From an uncultured virus (IMG/VR IMGVR_UViG_3300027708_000001) (taxonomy: Duplodnaviria > Heunggongvirae > Uroviricota > Caudoviricetes), in the IMG/VR virus record IMGVR_UViG_3300027708_000001: a stretch of 64,000 bases of DNA; one strand, 5' to 3'. Every line of letters begins with the position of its first letter. Position 1 is the first letter of the stretch. A program made the position numbers and the translations under genes. A model generated the notes under the pieces. It was not told where the DNA came from. It did not search any database and saw only the letters and a list, made by a program, of their open reading frames with translations. Shown here piece after piece: positions 9,003 to 16,886 of this stretch.

Positions 9003-9051
9003 GTATCTTATAGTAACAAATTAACAACAACATTAAGCAGCACCACACCAA

Positions 9052-9069
9052 TCCAAACACCTGTTTGGA
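9052..9069. repeat. Palindromic motif copy 4
   Basis: TCCAAACACCTGTTTGGA just upstream of TAAGGAG RBS. Confidence 0.9.
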
Positions 9070-9090
9070 ATTAACCTAAGGAGATTTACC

Positions 9091-9957
9091 ATGAACGATA
9101 TAATCAGTACAGCACCAAGCATTGCATCAGCCGCTATGTTAGTAGAGTTGAACATCAGCGTATGGACGGGGCGTAAGTTAGACCGCAACATCTCAGCCGA
9201 GATCGATGCACAAAAGAACACCACTACCCGTGTAGTAAATGCCCATAAGAAGTTATTCGCAGATGAACCCAAGCATGAGGCCATCGGCAAGTTCGCAGGT
9301 AACTCACGCACCTACCACTATACAAACACAATGCCTTGGTCTAACTCAGGAACAGTACTACTGCCGACTGCATCATTCGCAGAGTATAACGCTCACATGA
9401 GCGGGGCACAGACTAAGTTCTATGAACTAGTCGATGAGTGCTTAGACGAATGGGACGATATGTTACTGCGGGCACATACTAAGCTAGGTGCAATGTTTAA
9501 CTACGAGGACTATCCGAGTAAGGAAGATGTGCGTGATCGGTATCGGTTCAGCATTAACTATCTGCCCGTGCCAGATGTAGGTGACTTCAGGGTTAGCGTT
9601 GGTAATGACGCACTACAATATCTTAACGAGAGTTACGCTACGTACTATAAAGACCAGCTAGACAAAGCGTACTCAGACGTATGGGAGCGGACGCACACAG
9701 TGTTAAAGAACATGAGCGAGAAGTTAGCAGGGCAAGAGCGTCAGGTATTCCGCGATAGTTTAGTGGGTAACGTGCGCGAGATGATCGACCTGCTAGATAA
9801 GTTCAACATCACGGGGGATCCCAAGATGAAGCAAGCCAAAGCACGTATCGAAGCAATGGTAACAGGTATCACGCCGGACGCATTGCGCGAGGACAACGCG
9901 CTGCGCCACGATGTGAAGCACAAGGTAGATGACTTACTTAAGCAGTTTAGTTGGTAA
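9091..9957 (+). CDS. DUF3150-like helical protein
   Basis: AMLVELNISVWTGRKLDR N-terminus, T(M)PW, DYPS motifs; adjacent to AAA and vWA genes as usual for this family. Confidence 0.6.
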   Translation: MNDIISTAPSIASAAMLVELNISVWTGRKLDRNISAEIDAQKNTTTRVVNAHKKLFADEPKHEAIGKFAGNSRTYHYTNTMPWSNSGTVLLPTASFAEYNAHMSGAQTKFYELVDECLDEWDDMLLRAHTKLGAMFNYEDYPSKEDVRDRYRFSINYLPVPDVGDFRVSVGNDALQYLNESYATYYKDQLDKAYSDVWERTHTVLKNMSEKLAGQERQVFRDSLVGNVREMIDLLDKFNITGDPKMKQAKARIEAMVTGITPDALREDNALRHDVKHKVDDLLKQFSW

Positions 9958-9963
9958 CAAGAT

Positions 9964-9981
9964 TCCAAACACATGTTTGGA
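9964..9981. repeat. Palindromic motif copy 5
   Basis: TCCAAACACATGTTTGGA in gap before the AAA gene RBS. Confidence 0.9.
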
Positions 9982-10007
9982 TTACACATACACACAGGAG
10001 ATACACC

Positions 10008-11123
10008 ATGAAGCAGACAGCAGATATGTTATTCGCACAAACGTTAGACGAAGTAACCGACTCAATCGCAGCAACCGGACACATTGTTACTACAATGGTA
10101 CAAGGTCATATGGGTACAGGTAAAAGCAGTATCCTGAAGATGTTAGCCGAGCGGTTCCCCTCGCATGTGCCGTGTTACTTCGACTGCACGACTAAGGACT
10201 TGGGCGATTTAATGTTACCTAAGATCTTAAGCGAGCATGACTCAGATAATTTCGTTAGATTTGTACCTAACGAAGAGATGGGCTTGCACCACAATAAGCC
10301 GATTATCTTAATGATCGATGAGTTTGGTAAGGCTAACCCGTCAGTCAAGAACGGTATGATGCGTATTATGTTAGAGCGTACGATGGGTAATCAGAAGTTA
10401 CCCACAAGTTCAATCGTATTTGCTACAACAAACTTAGGGGCAGAGGGTGTAGGCGATCTGTTACTGCCACACCATCGCAACCGTATCACAGTAGTACGTA
10501 TGAAGAAGCCGAGCGCAACCGATTGGATTGAGGGGTTTGCACTGAACGCAGGGATTCATCCTGCAATGATCTTGTGGGTTAAAGAGAATGGTGATCAGTT
10601 ATTCCAGTCATTCGAGGAAGTCGATCATCCAGACGATGAGACAGGTGGTAATCCATACATCTATCATCCACAGGCACAACGCCCTGCGTTTGTTACACCG
10701 AGATCGTTAGAGCTAGCCTCGCATTGGTTGTGGGCTAAAGATAAGATCAGTGATGGTGCACTACGCTCTGCTTTGATCGGAACAATCGGTGACCGTGCGG
10801 GTAGTGACTTAGGCGCATATGTTCGCTTGGTCGATGACTTACCACGCCAAGAAGATATTAAGAGTAGCCCTGAGACAGCTAAGGTTCCCGAAACAGCATC
10901 GGGTGTGGTGATGGTGGTCTACCGTGCACTGGCAACAATGAGCCGTGAGTTTGCTGATCCATGGATGACATACCTAAACCGACTCGATAAAGAAGCACAG
11001 GGTTTGTTTGCTATGCAGGTACGTAACCCCAAGTACAGCAAGCAGTCAATCGTCATGACCAGTAAGAAGTTTACCGAATGGTGCATGGCTAACAACTATA
11101 TGTTCAGCGCGGACAAGAAGTAA
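10008..11123 (+). CDS. MoxR/CbbQ-like AAA+ ATPase
   Basis: Walker A GHMGTGKS, Walker B ILMIDE, ATTN sensor, NR finger, TPRS; start taken at ATG 10008 after CAGGAG. Confidence 0.85.
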   Translation: MKQTADMLFAQTLDEVTDSIAATGHIVTTMVQGHMGTGKSSILKMLAERFPSHVPCYFDCTTKDLGDLMLPKILSEHDSDNFVRFVPNEEMGLHHNKPIILMIDEFGKANPSVKNGMMRIMLERTMGNQKLPTSSIVFATTNLGAEGVGDLLLPHHRNRITVVRMKKPSATDWIEGFALNAGIHPAMILWVKENGDQLFQSFEEVDHPDDETGGNPYIYHPQAQRPAFVTPRSLELASHWLWAKDKISDGALRSALIGTIGDRAGSDLGAYVRLVDDLPRQEDIKSSPETAKVPETASGVVMVVYRALATMSREFADPWMTYLNRLDKEAQGLFAMQVRNPKYSKQSIVMTSKKFTEWCMANNYMFSADKK

Positions 11124-11169
11124 TACCACAGTTAATTAAAACACAGTACTAGGAACCCAAGGAGATAAC

Positions 11170-12333
11170 ATGTTAAGTATTGGTAAACAACTTACCGCGG
11201 CCCAGCGGTTACATAAAGCAATGACCGACATCATCGGGCATGATGAGTTTGTAGCATTGTCGGGTGTATTGATGATCGGCAAGAAAGAGATAGTAGAAGA
11301 CTGCCCCACTGCGTGTACTAACGGGCGTGATGAGATATACGGTCGCGAGTTCGTGGATAGCCTGAGCGATGCAGAGTTCCGCTTCTTAATCTTGCACGAG
11401 AATTACCACAAGATGTATAGACACTTAAGCACGTGGAAGCACCTGCACGAGGAAGATCATGACCGCGCTAACAAAGCATGTGACTATGTGATCAACCTTA
11501 AACTTGTTGATACTAAAGCATGTGAGTCTGGGTTTATCTCTATGCCTAAGTGCGGACTGATCGATGAGCAGTATAAAGGTATGGACGCGCAGCAGGTATT
11601 CAACTTGTTAACCGGAGACCCACAGAACGGTGCAGGTGGTGGTGGCATGGACGATCACGATTGGGAAGGTGCAGCAGAGTTATCTACCGATGAAGTAGAA
11701 GAGTTAGCACGTGAGATCGACGAGGCGGTACGTCAAGGCATGGTCTTAGCGGGTAAGGTAGGTTCGGGTGGACTGCGTGACATCACAGAGTTAGCACAGA
11801 CCCAACGTGATTGGCGCGAGTTACTTCGTGACTTCGTAACAACTACATGTGCGGGTAAAGACTTTAGTACGTGGCGTAAACCGAATCGTAGATATGTAGG
11901 TATGGATATGTTAATGCCTAGCAGTATCAGTGAGACGGTAGACGAGATCGTGATTGCGATTGATACGTCAGGCTCTATCAGTGATGCGTTTATCGGATCA
12001 TTCTTGAGCGAAGTAACAGGTATCTGCGAACAAATTAACCCACGTAAAGTTCGTGTGCTGTATTGGGATACGTTAGTATGCCGGGCCGAGGTATATGTAG
12101 AAGATGCTATTAACAACTTAGCACGTAGTACTAAACCTGAAGGTGGTGGCGGCACAGATGTTAGATGTGTCCCGATGTATATGAACGAGCACGGTATTAA
12201 GCCCGAATGTATTGTGGTATTGACCGATGGCTATTTAGGTAGCTCATGGGGTGTATGGCCTTGCCCTGTATTGTGGTGCATCAAGGGTAACAAGACCGCG
12301 CATCCCACCGTAGGTACAGCTATTTACATTTAA
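11170..12333 (+). CDS. Putative metallopeptidase (DUF2201-like) + vWA domain protein
   Basis: TACTNG, HENYH (HExxH), ANKACDYVIN; MIDAS DTSGS, GGGGTD, LTDGY. Confidence 0.85.
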   Translation: MLSIGKQLTAAQRLHKAMTDIIGHDEFVALSGVLMIGKKEIVEDCPTACTNGRDEIYGREFVDSLSDAEFRFLILHENYHKMYRHLSTWKHLHEEDHDRANKACDYVINLKLVDTKACESGFISMPKCGLIDEQYKGMDAQQVFNLLTGDPQNGAGGGGMDDHDWEGAAELSTDEVEELAREIDEAVRQGMVLAGKVGSGGLRDITELAQTQRDWRELLRDFVTTTCAGKDFSTWRKPNRRYVGMDMLMPSSISETVDEIVIAIDTSGSISDAFIGSFLSEVTGICEQINPRKVRVLYWDTLVCRAEVYVEDAINNLARSTKPEGGGGTDVRCVPMYMNEHGIKPECIVVLTDGYLGSSWGVWPCPVLWCIKGNKTAHPTVGTAIYI

Positions 12334-12334
12334 T

Positions 12335-12352
12335 TCCAAACACCTGTTTGGA
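12335..12352. repeat. Palindromic motif copy 6
   Basis: TCCAAACACCTGTTTGGA between vWA stop and AGGAG RBS. Confidence 0.9.
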
Positions 12353-12369
12353 TTCTAGGAGATACACAA

Positions 12370-12549
12370 ATGGAAATCGAAGTTTTATTGAAGGAAGTAT
12401 ATGGAAATCCTATGTTTTATCCCGCATGTGAGAAGGCAGCTAGGTTTGCTTATTTATGCGGCACTAAGACGTTAACGTATGACGCGTTAAAGGTTATTAA
12501 AGAACTAGGCTATACCGTAAACATTAAACAAAAGGAGATAAAGATATGA
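12370..12549 (+). CDS. Small hypothetical protein (59 aa, below ORF-track cutoff)
   Basis: AGGAG RBS; MEIEVLLKEVYGNPMFYPACEKAARFAYLCGTKTLT...; stop overlaps next ATG. Confidence 0.75.
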   Translation: MEIEVLLKEVYGNPMFYPACEKAARFAYLCGTKTLTYDALKVIKELGYTVNIKQKEIKI

Positions 12550-13526
12550 GCGCAGATTATGTAGAAATAGCAGCAATGCTTGACGCTGAACAGAGGGCTG
12601 TAATTCAAGAGTATGCTCGCGATGCACGGGAGAATGAGTGGGAATACTGGGTTGATGATTGCCCCGTGCTCAAAGAGTTACGTGACTTAGCTATGGGTAT
12701 TCGTGAAGCTATGCCGGAAGTAAAGTTTCGCTATACCACAAGTATGCGGGAAACCAACCATAAAACAGACGAGGATGGCATCATAACAGCACACCGCGTA
12801 GTACATGTCGCGAAAGAACTACACGTATACTTAGAGAACTGCCCCTTTGCACTAGGACATATCAGCTATAAAGATAATAAGCTAGGGTGTGGGACTAACA
12901 TGGTGTATTGCGTGTATAGCCGCAAGATTGCCAACGACAAGTATAGAGAGTGGCGTGAGCAGTACTACACTGCAGCATCTAAGGATCTTACTAAGGCAAT
13001 ACGTAATGCACGTAAATATCTTACACCGTATACCATCGAAGAGTTAGCGGGACTCACGTACAGGAATCTGTATCAAGGAGTTAGTGATTCAGCTTCACGT
13101 ATACATAGAAAGGTTGAAGAGTCAATAGAAAAGATAGATCAAAAGGTTTTACTAGAAGAAATTTTACATTTGAAAAAAATAGGTGTAGAGTTTACGACAG
13201 TTAAGTTTAAGGAAGTAGCAGAGACTATTGAAGAACTTAACCGCGAATCTGTAGAAGAATCCACACGTAAAGTAACAGGTATCTTCGTAAGGCTTCGCAA
13301 AGTAGGTGAGGACACATATGCAGACGTACTCAACACTTATGATGTACGTGGTAATTACCGCATGGCTAAACAATCTTCGACCACCTGCAAGGTAGAAGAA
13401 CTGCCATCGAGTATTTACGAACGACTATCTGTCCTTTCTATTTTAACTAACCAGCACTATGTTGCTAAGGTAGGTTATCGTGTGGACGCTTCTACGTATT
13501 GGATAGAGTCGGATGGGAGAGCATAA
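12546..13526 (+). CDS. Hypothetical protein
   Basis: 326 aa, AAGGAG RBS. Confidence 0.8.
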   Translation: MSADYVEIAAMLDAEQRAVIQEYARDARENEWEYWVDDCPVLKELRDLAMGIREAMPEVKFRYTTSMRETNHKTDEDGIITAHRVVHVAKELHVYLENCPFALGHISYKDNKLGCGTNMVYCVYSRKIANDKYREWREQYYTAASKDLTKAIRNARKYLTPYTIEELAGLTYRNLYQGVSDSASRIHRKVEESIEKIDQKVLLEEILHLKKIGVEFTTVKFKEVAETIEELNRESVEESTRKVTGIFVRLRKVGEDTYADVLNTYDVRGNYRMAKQSSTTCKVEELPSSIYERLSVLSILTNQHYVAKVGYRVDASTYWIESDGRA

Positions 13527-13705
13527 TGAAAGACGCACTCCTAGTAGCAGTTGTACTTTTAGCAGTAACTTGTTTGACAGGCTTAGTAGATCAACATAAT
13601 AAGATCTTACAGCTAAGAGAAGAAATAGTGGAGTTGGAGAGAGACACCGCAGGGTGTTATGAGCATATTGCTCAATTAACCAGTAAAAAGGAGAAGCACA
13701 AGTGA
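13526..13705 (+). CDS. Small membrane-anchored coiled-coil protein
   Basis: TAATG coupling; hydrophobic N-terminus. Confidence 0.55.
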   Translation: MKDALLVAVVLLAVTCLTGLVDQHNKILQLREEIVELERDTAGCYEHIAQLTSKKEKHK

Positions 13706-14127
13706 GTCAATTACGTGAAACACTATTGAAAGTAGTTAAACGCAACTTAGATACGTTAAACCTTAAGTACGCAATACAGCTTGAAGACGGTAGAATAGTC
13801 GGGGAATTGCAACTTGCGCCTACCCCTACCAAGCTAACCAAAAAGGGAAAGCAAAGCGACCCAAGTCCCTATTCATCGCATGAGTTACACCCGATTGTTG
13901 AGCCGTATCTTCGGAGCTTAGAACCCGGACGCCAAATACATATCCCTGCGGGGAAGTACCAAGTTAGATACTTTGCTAGAACTGTTAGTACTATGTGCCA
14001 TGAGTTATTCGGTGCGGGTATGTATAACACGAGACGCGATGAGGTAGGGGTACAAGTAATACGCAAGCGGGATGGTAAAGACACGTTCGATTGGGGTGTG
14101 GCAAAACAGGAATCTTTAAACTTATAG
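13702..14127 (+). CDS. Hypothetical protein
   Basis: GTG start with AAGGAG RBS, 141 aa. Confidence 0.7.
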   Translation: MSQLRETLLKVVKRNLDTLNLKYAIQLEDGRIVGELQLAPTPTKLTKKGKQSDPSPYSSHELHPIVEPYLRSLEPGRQIHIPAGKYQVRYFARTVSTMCHELFGAGMYNTRRDEVGVQVIRKRDGKDTFDWGVAKQESLNL

Positions 14128-14136
14128 GAGATATAT

Positions 14137-14412
14137 ATGAAGAAGTTATCACTAGTATTACTTATGATGTTAGCAGCATGCAGTACTAGCAAGTACGAAC
14201 CAGTCTCAATGAAACATGAAGAGCATTATTCAAATCAAACATTGGTACTGGATAAGGAGGTGCAACCCATGAGCCGCAACGAAGTCATCATGGCAATTAA
14301 CGAGTGTGAAGCAAACAACACCCGTGCTGTTATGTTGATAGGTAAACGTAAGCTCAACGGGTTTGCTACGGACATCGTAGTGGATGTATCGTGCGCACCG
14401 AAGTATAGGTAA
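14137..14412 (+). CDS. Putative lipoprotein
   Basis: MKK + hydrophobic stretch + lipobox LAAC. Confidence 0.7.
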   Translation: MKKLSLVLLMMLAACSTSKYEPVSMKHEEHYSNQTLVLDKEVQPMSRNEVIMAINECEANNTRAVMLIGKRKLNGFATDIVVDVSCAPKYR

Positions 14413-14416
14413 AACT

Positions 14417-14671
14417 ATGCTTACATATAGCGTATCGATAACTCCTAGTGGATCTGTAGATACATTTTGTTTTGATGAGGTGGACAGATTTAGCCCACAG
14501 CTTAAAATAAAATACAATTCAGTTGAAGAAATGCCTATATGGGCGCAAGAAAAACTTGCCGTATTAGCAATTACAACCCCGCCGACTGATGACATTAAAC
14601 CCATTGGTAGGCGGTTAACTGATGACAAGTTTTGGATATTTAAGGAAGAAGATGGCGACCCCAGAGAGTAA
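14417..14671 (+). CDS. Hypothetical protein
   Basis: ORF from ATG 14417; C-terminus resembles the end of the 12546 protein. Confidence 0.6.
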   Translation: MLTYSVSITPSGSVDTFCFDEVDRFSPQLKIKYNSVEEMPIWAQEKLAVLAITTPPTDDIKPIGRRLTDDKFWIFKEEDGDPRE

Positions 14672-14945
14672 GGTTAAGAAGGCCGTCCGTGCAGTGTTAG
14701 ATGAGTTGGGTGCGTACTATGTTATGCCCGTCACAGGTGGGTATGGAACACAAGGCGCACCTGACTTTCTAGTATGTTACAACGGAAGATTCATCGGTAT
14801 AGAAACAAAGGCAGGACGCGGTAAGCTAACACTATTGCAGGAGCAGAACTTAAATAAGTTGTTTGATGCAGGTGGTATAGCAATGGTAGTCCGCGAAGAA
14901 GATGTAGAAACACTCTATAATAAACTAAAGGAACAGGCATCATGA
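14652..14945 (+). CDS. VRR-NUC domain nuclease (resolvase-like)
   Basis: TPESKVK...GAPDFL...FIGIETKAGRGKLTLLQ PD-(D/E)XK pattern. Confidence 0.85.
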   Translation: MATPESKVKKAVRAVLDELGAYYVMPVTGGYGTQGAPDFLVCYNGRFIGIETKAGRGKLTLLQEQNLNKLFDAGGIAMVVREEDVETLYNKLKEQAS

Positions 14946-15430
14946 AGAAGCAATCACAATTATCCCGAGTAGCAGAGCTAATGAAAGCACAGCCTGACAT
15001 GACCCCCGAAGCTATGGCTGAGCAGTTAGGTATCGACAAGAAGCGCATTTACGTATTGCGCTCACAAGCTAAAAAGAAGGGGTGGAACTTGTTAGTGGTC
15101 ACTGACGGAGATTCTAAAATCGACACGTCGAATATCACGTACCAAGATATTAAAGGGCACGCCCCAAACCCCCACGTTGGACTACTTAAAAATATTGATG
15201 CAGTGAAAACAAAAAAAGTGAAAGCTAAACCCGCAGACGATGTACGCGTATGGCAACGCCACCATAAAGAACTTAGCGAGAAGTATGCACAAGTATGTAA
15301 CGAGTTAGTAAGTGCACGAGCATTGTTGTACCGTGCGCAAAATGAACTAGACCAAGCCAAGATCATGTATCTGAACTCGGAAGCAGTGGTTGAGTACCTT
15401 GAAGGTAAACTTTCTAAAGCATTGGGGTGA
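14942..15430 (+). CDS. Hypothetical protein with N-terminal HTH and C-terminal coiled coil
   Basis: MTPEAMAEQLGIDKKRIY HTH-like segment. Confidence 0.6.
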   Translation: MKKQSQLSRVAELMKAQPDMTPEAMAEQLGIDKKRIYVLRSQAKKKGWNLLVVTDGDSKIDTSNITYQDIKGHAPNPHVGLLKNIDAVKTKKVKAKPADDVRVWQRHHKELSEKYAQVCNELVSARALLYRAQNELDQAKIMYLNSEAVVEYLEGKLSKALG

Positions 15431-15437
15431 TTAAGAA

Positions 15438-15776
15438 ATGAATCCAAACGACCCTACATGTGCGAAAGCCTACGCAGTTGGGTTCTGGGCGGGGCGGGAT
15501 GCAGAGCGTGAACTTAATCAAAAGGGTAAGACAGTGAAAGCGGATGAGATACAAAAAGCGGATGATATGCAGGTGGGTGGTTCACACTATAAAGACATGT
15601 TGATTCAACCGTGGGAAGCGATGGAGAACTTGCTAACGCACGAAGAGTTTATCGGGTTCTTGAAGGGTAACTACCTTAAATATGTTTTACGGGCAGGGCG
15701 TAAAGGTGCAGCACAGGAAGATGTAGATAAAGCCCGACATTATCAGATGAAGTTAGACGAGGTGAGGAACAAATGA
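15438..15776 (+). CDS. DUF3310 (T7 gp1.7-like nucleotide kinase family) protein
   Basis: QVGGSHY...GFLKGNYLKYVLRAGRKG...EDVDKARHY. Confidence 0.85.
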   Translation: MNPNDPTCAKAYAVGFWAGRDAERELNQKGKTVKADEIQKADDMQVGGSHYKDMLIQPWEAMENLLTHEEFIGFLKGNYLKYVLRAGRKGAAQEDVDKARHYQMKLDEVRNK

Positions 15777-15964
15777 TTTACTTGTTAATGGTTTTTGGAT
15801 TGACACAGCACAACACATATGAATGGATGCTAGTACAAGAACACCGAAGTGAATCTTCGTGCGTGGCTGCGAGTAGCAGAATGGCTACTGAATCACTTAG
15901 ACAAGGCGTAGGGTTTCCGTACCGTATAGCATATAAATGCGTAATAAAGGAGGAAGGTTCGTGA
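15773..15964 (+). CDS. Small hypothetical protein
   Basis: Coupled ATGA start. Confidence 0.55.
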   Translation: MIYLLMVFGLTQHNTYEWMLVQEHRSESSCVAASSRMATESLRQGVGFPYRIAYKCVIKEEGS

Positions 15965-16188
15965 TCTGCCCCAAGTGTGAGCACAATAGGAAACGAATGG
16001 AATTGTGGCGTGAAGAATGTTATCGAGTATCCGGTTCACCACTGCCGAAAGAATGGGTAGATATGCCAGATGATGAGATCGATGCACTGCACAGTTTCTG
16101 GTCAGAGAAAGACGGCAACATCCACATTGAAGACGTAGTAGATTTTGTTAAGGATATAACATCACGGCTTAAGGAGTTAAACACATGA
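15961..16188 (+). CDS. Small hypothetical protein with CxxC
   Basis: GTG start after AGGAGG; ICPKC...LKELN. Confidence 0.6.
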   Translation: MICPKCEHNRKRMELWREECYRVSGSPLPKEWVDMPDDEIDALHSFWSEKDGNIHIEDVVDFVKDITSRLKELNT

Positions 16189-16343
16189 AAGACAACATCT
16201 GTAAACACTGCGGTGGCACATTAGGATTTAACTATCACGGATTCATTATCGGCTGCGAGTGCGAACAGCACCATCAAGCACTGCACGAGGTAGAAGAATT
16301 GCAGGAGATCAAGCATTCCTCAGAGGTTAACAATGATATTTGA
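16185..16343 (+). CDS. Small Cys-rich hypothetical protein (52 aa, not in ORF track)
   Basis: AAGGAG RBS; MKDNICKHCGG...GCECE. Confidence 0.55.
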   Translation: MKDNICKHCGGTLGFNYHGFIIGCECEQHHQALHEVEELQEIKHSSEVNNDI

Positions 16344-16551
16344 TGAGTGGTTTAAACAGTTTGACCCTAGGTCTTTGTACTTTGGTAAGACCCACATGAG
16401 GAAGTGTTGGATGGATGCTCAAAGGTTTGAACGGGAAGAAGCAATTAAGGTATGCGAAGAAATGCATGCAGTTTGTGCTGACCCGCTAATAAAAGAAGCA
16501 TTGCGCATGTGCATTAAGTCGATAGGAAACACGGGAGAGAAGGCTAATTGA
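16333..16551 (+). CDS. Small hypothetical protein
   Basis: GAGG RBS; ERE..IKVCE motif. Confidence 0.6.
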   Translation: MIFDEWFKQFDPRSLYFGKTHMRKCWMDAQRFEREEAIKVCEEMHAVCADPLIKEALRMCIKSIGNTGEKAN

Positions 16552-16886
16552 TTAAGCTAACAAAGCGCCAAGAAGATGTTTTGTTATGGATTCAGCGAGG
16601 GTTAAGCAATAAACAAATTGGTGCACGTTTGGGCATGACAGAATCAACAGTTAAAACCCACGTATCTAAACTGTTTAAAGCATATCACGTGCAGAATAGG
16701 CAGCAGTTGGTAGCGTTTTCATCTCAAAACAAAAAGGTTGAATTGCCCACTGATCTTGAGTCAAAACCTTTTGGGTGGGTTAAAAGAAAGGGCGACAAGA
16801 TATTGGGGGTTGTATTTATTACAAAGCAACCAGATAAAACTTGGGAAGCCATGTACGTTAAAACAGAACAACAGGAAACGAAATGA
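16548..16886 (+). CDS. LuxR-type HTH transcription regulator
   Basis: LTKRQEDVL...GLSNKQIGARLGMTESTVKTHVSKLFK. Confidence 0.85.
   Translation: MIKLTKRQEDVLLWIQRGLSNKQIGARLGMTESTVKTHVSKLFKAYHVQNRQQLVAFSSQNKKVELPTDLESKPFGWVKRKGDKILGVVFITKQPDKTWEAMYVKTEQQETK

Noticed and set aside
6041..12352. Palindrome copies as a CRISPR array
   Set aside because: Spacing is 0.7-2.4 kb with whole genes between copies; no cas operon. The Cas4-like nuclease sits in the replication module, as is common in phages.
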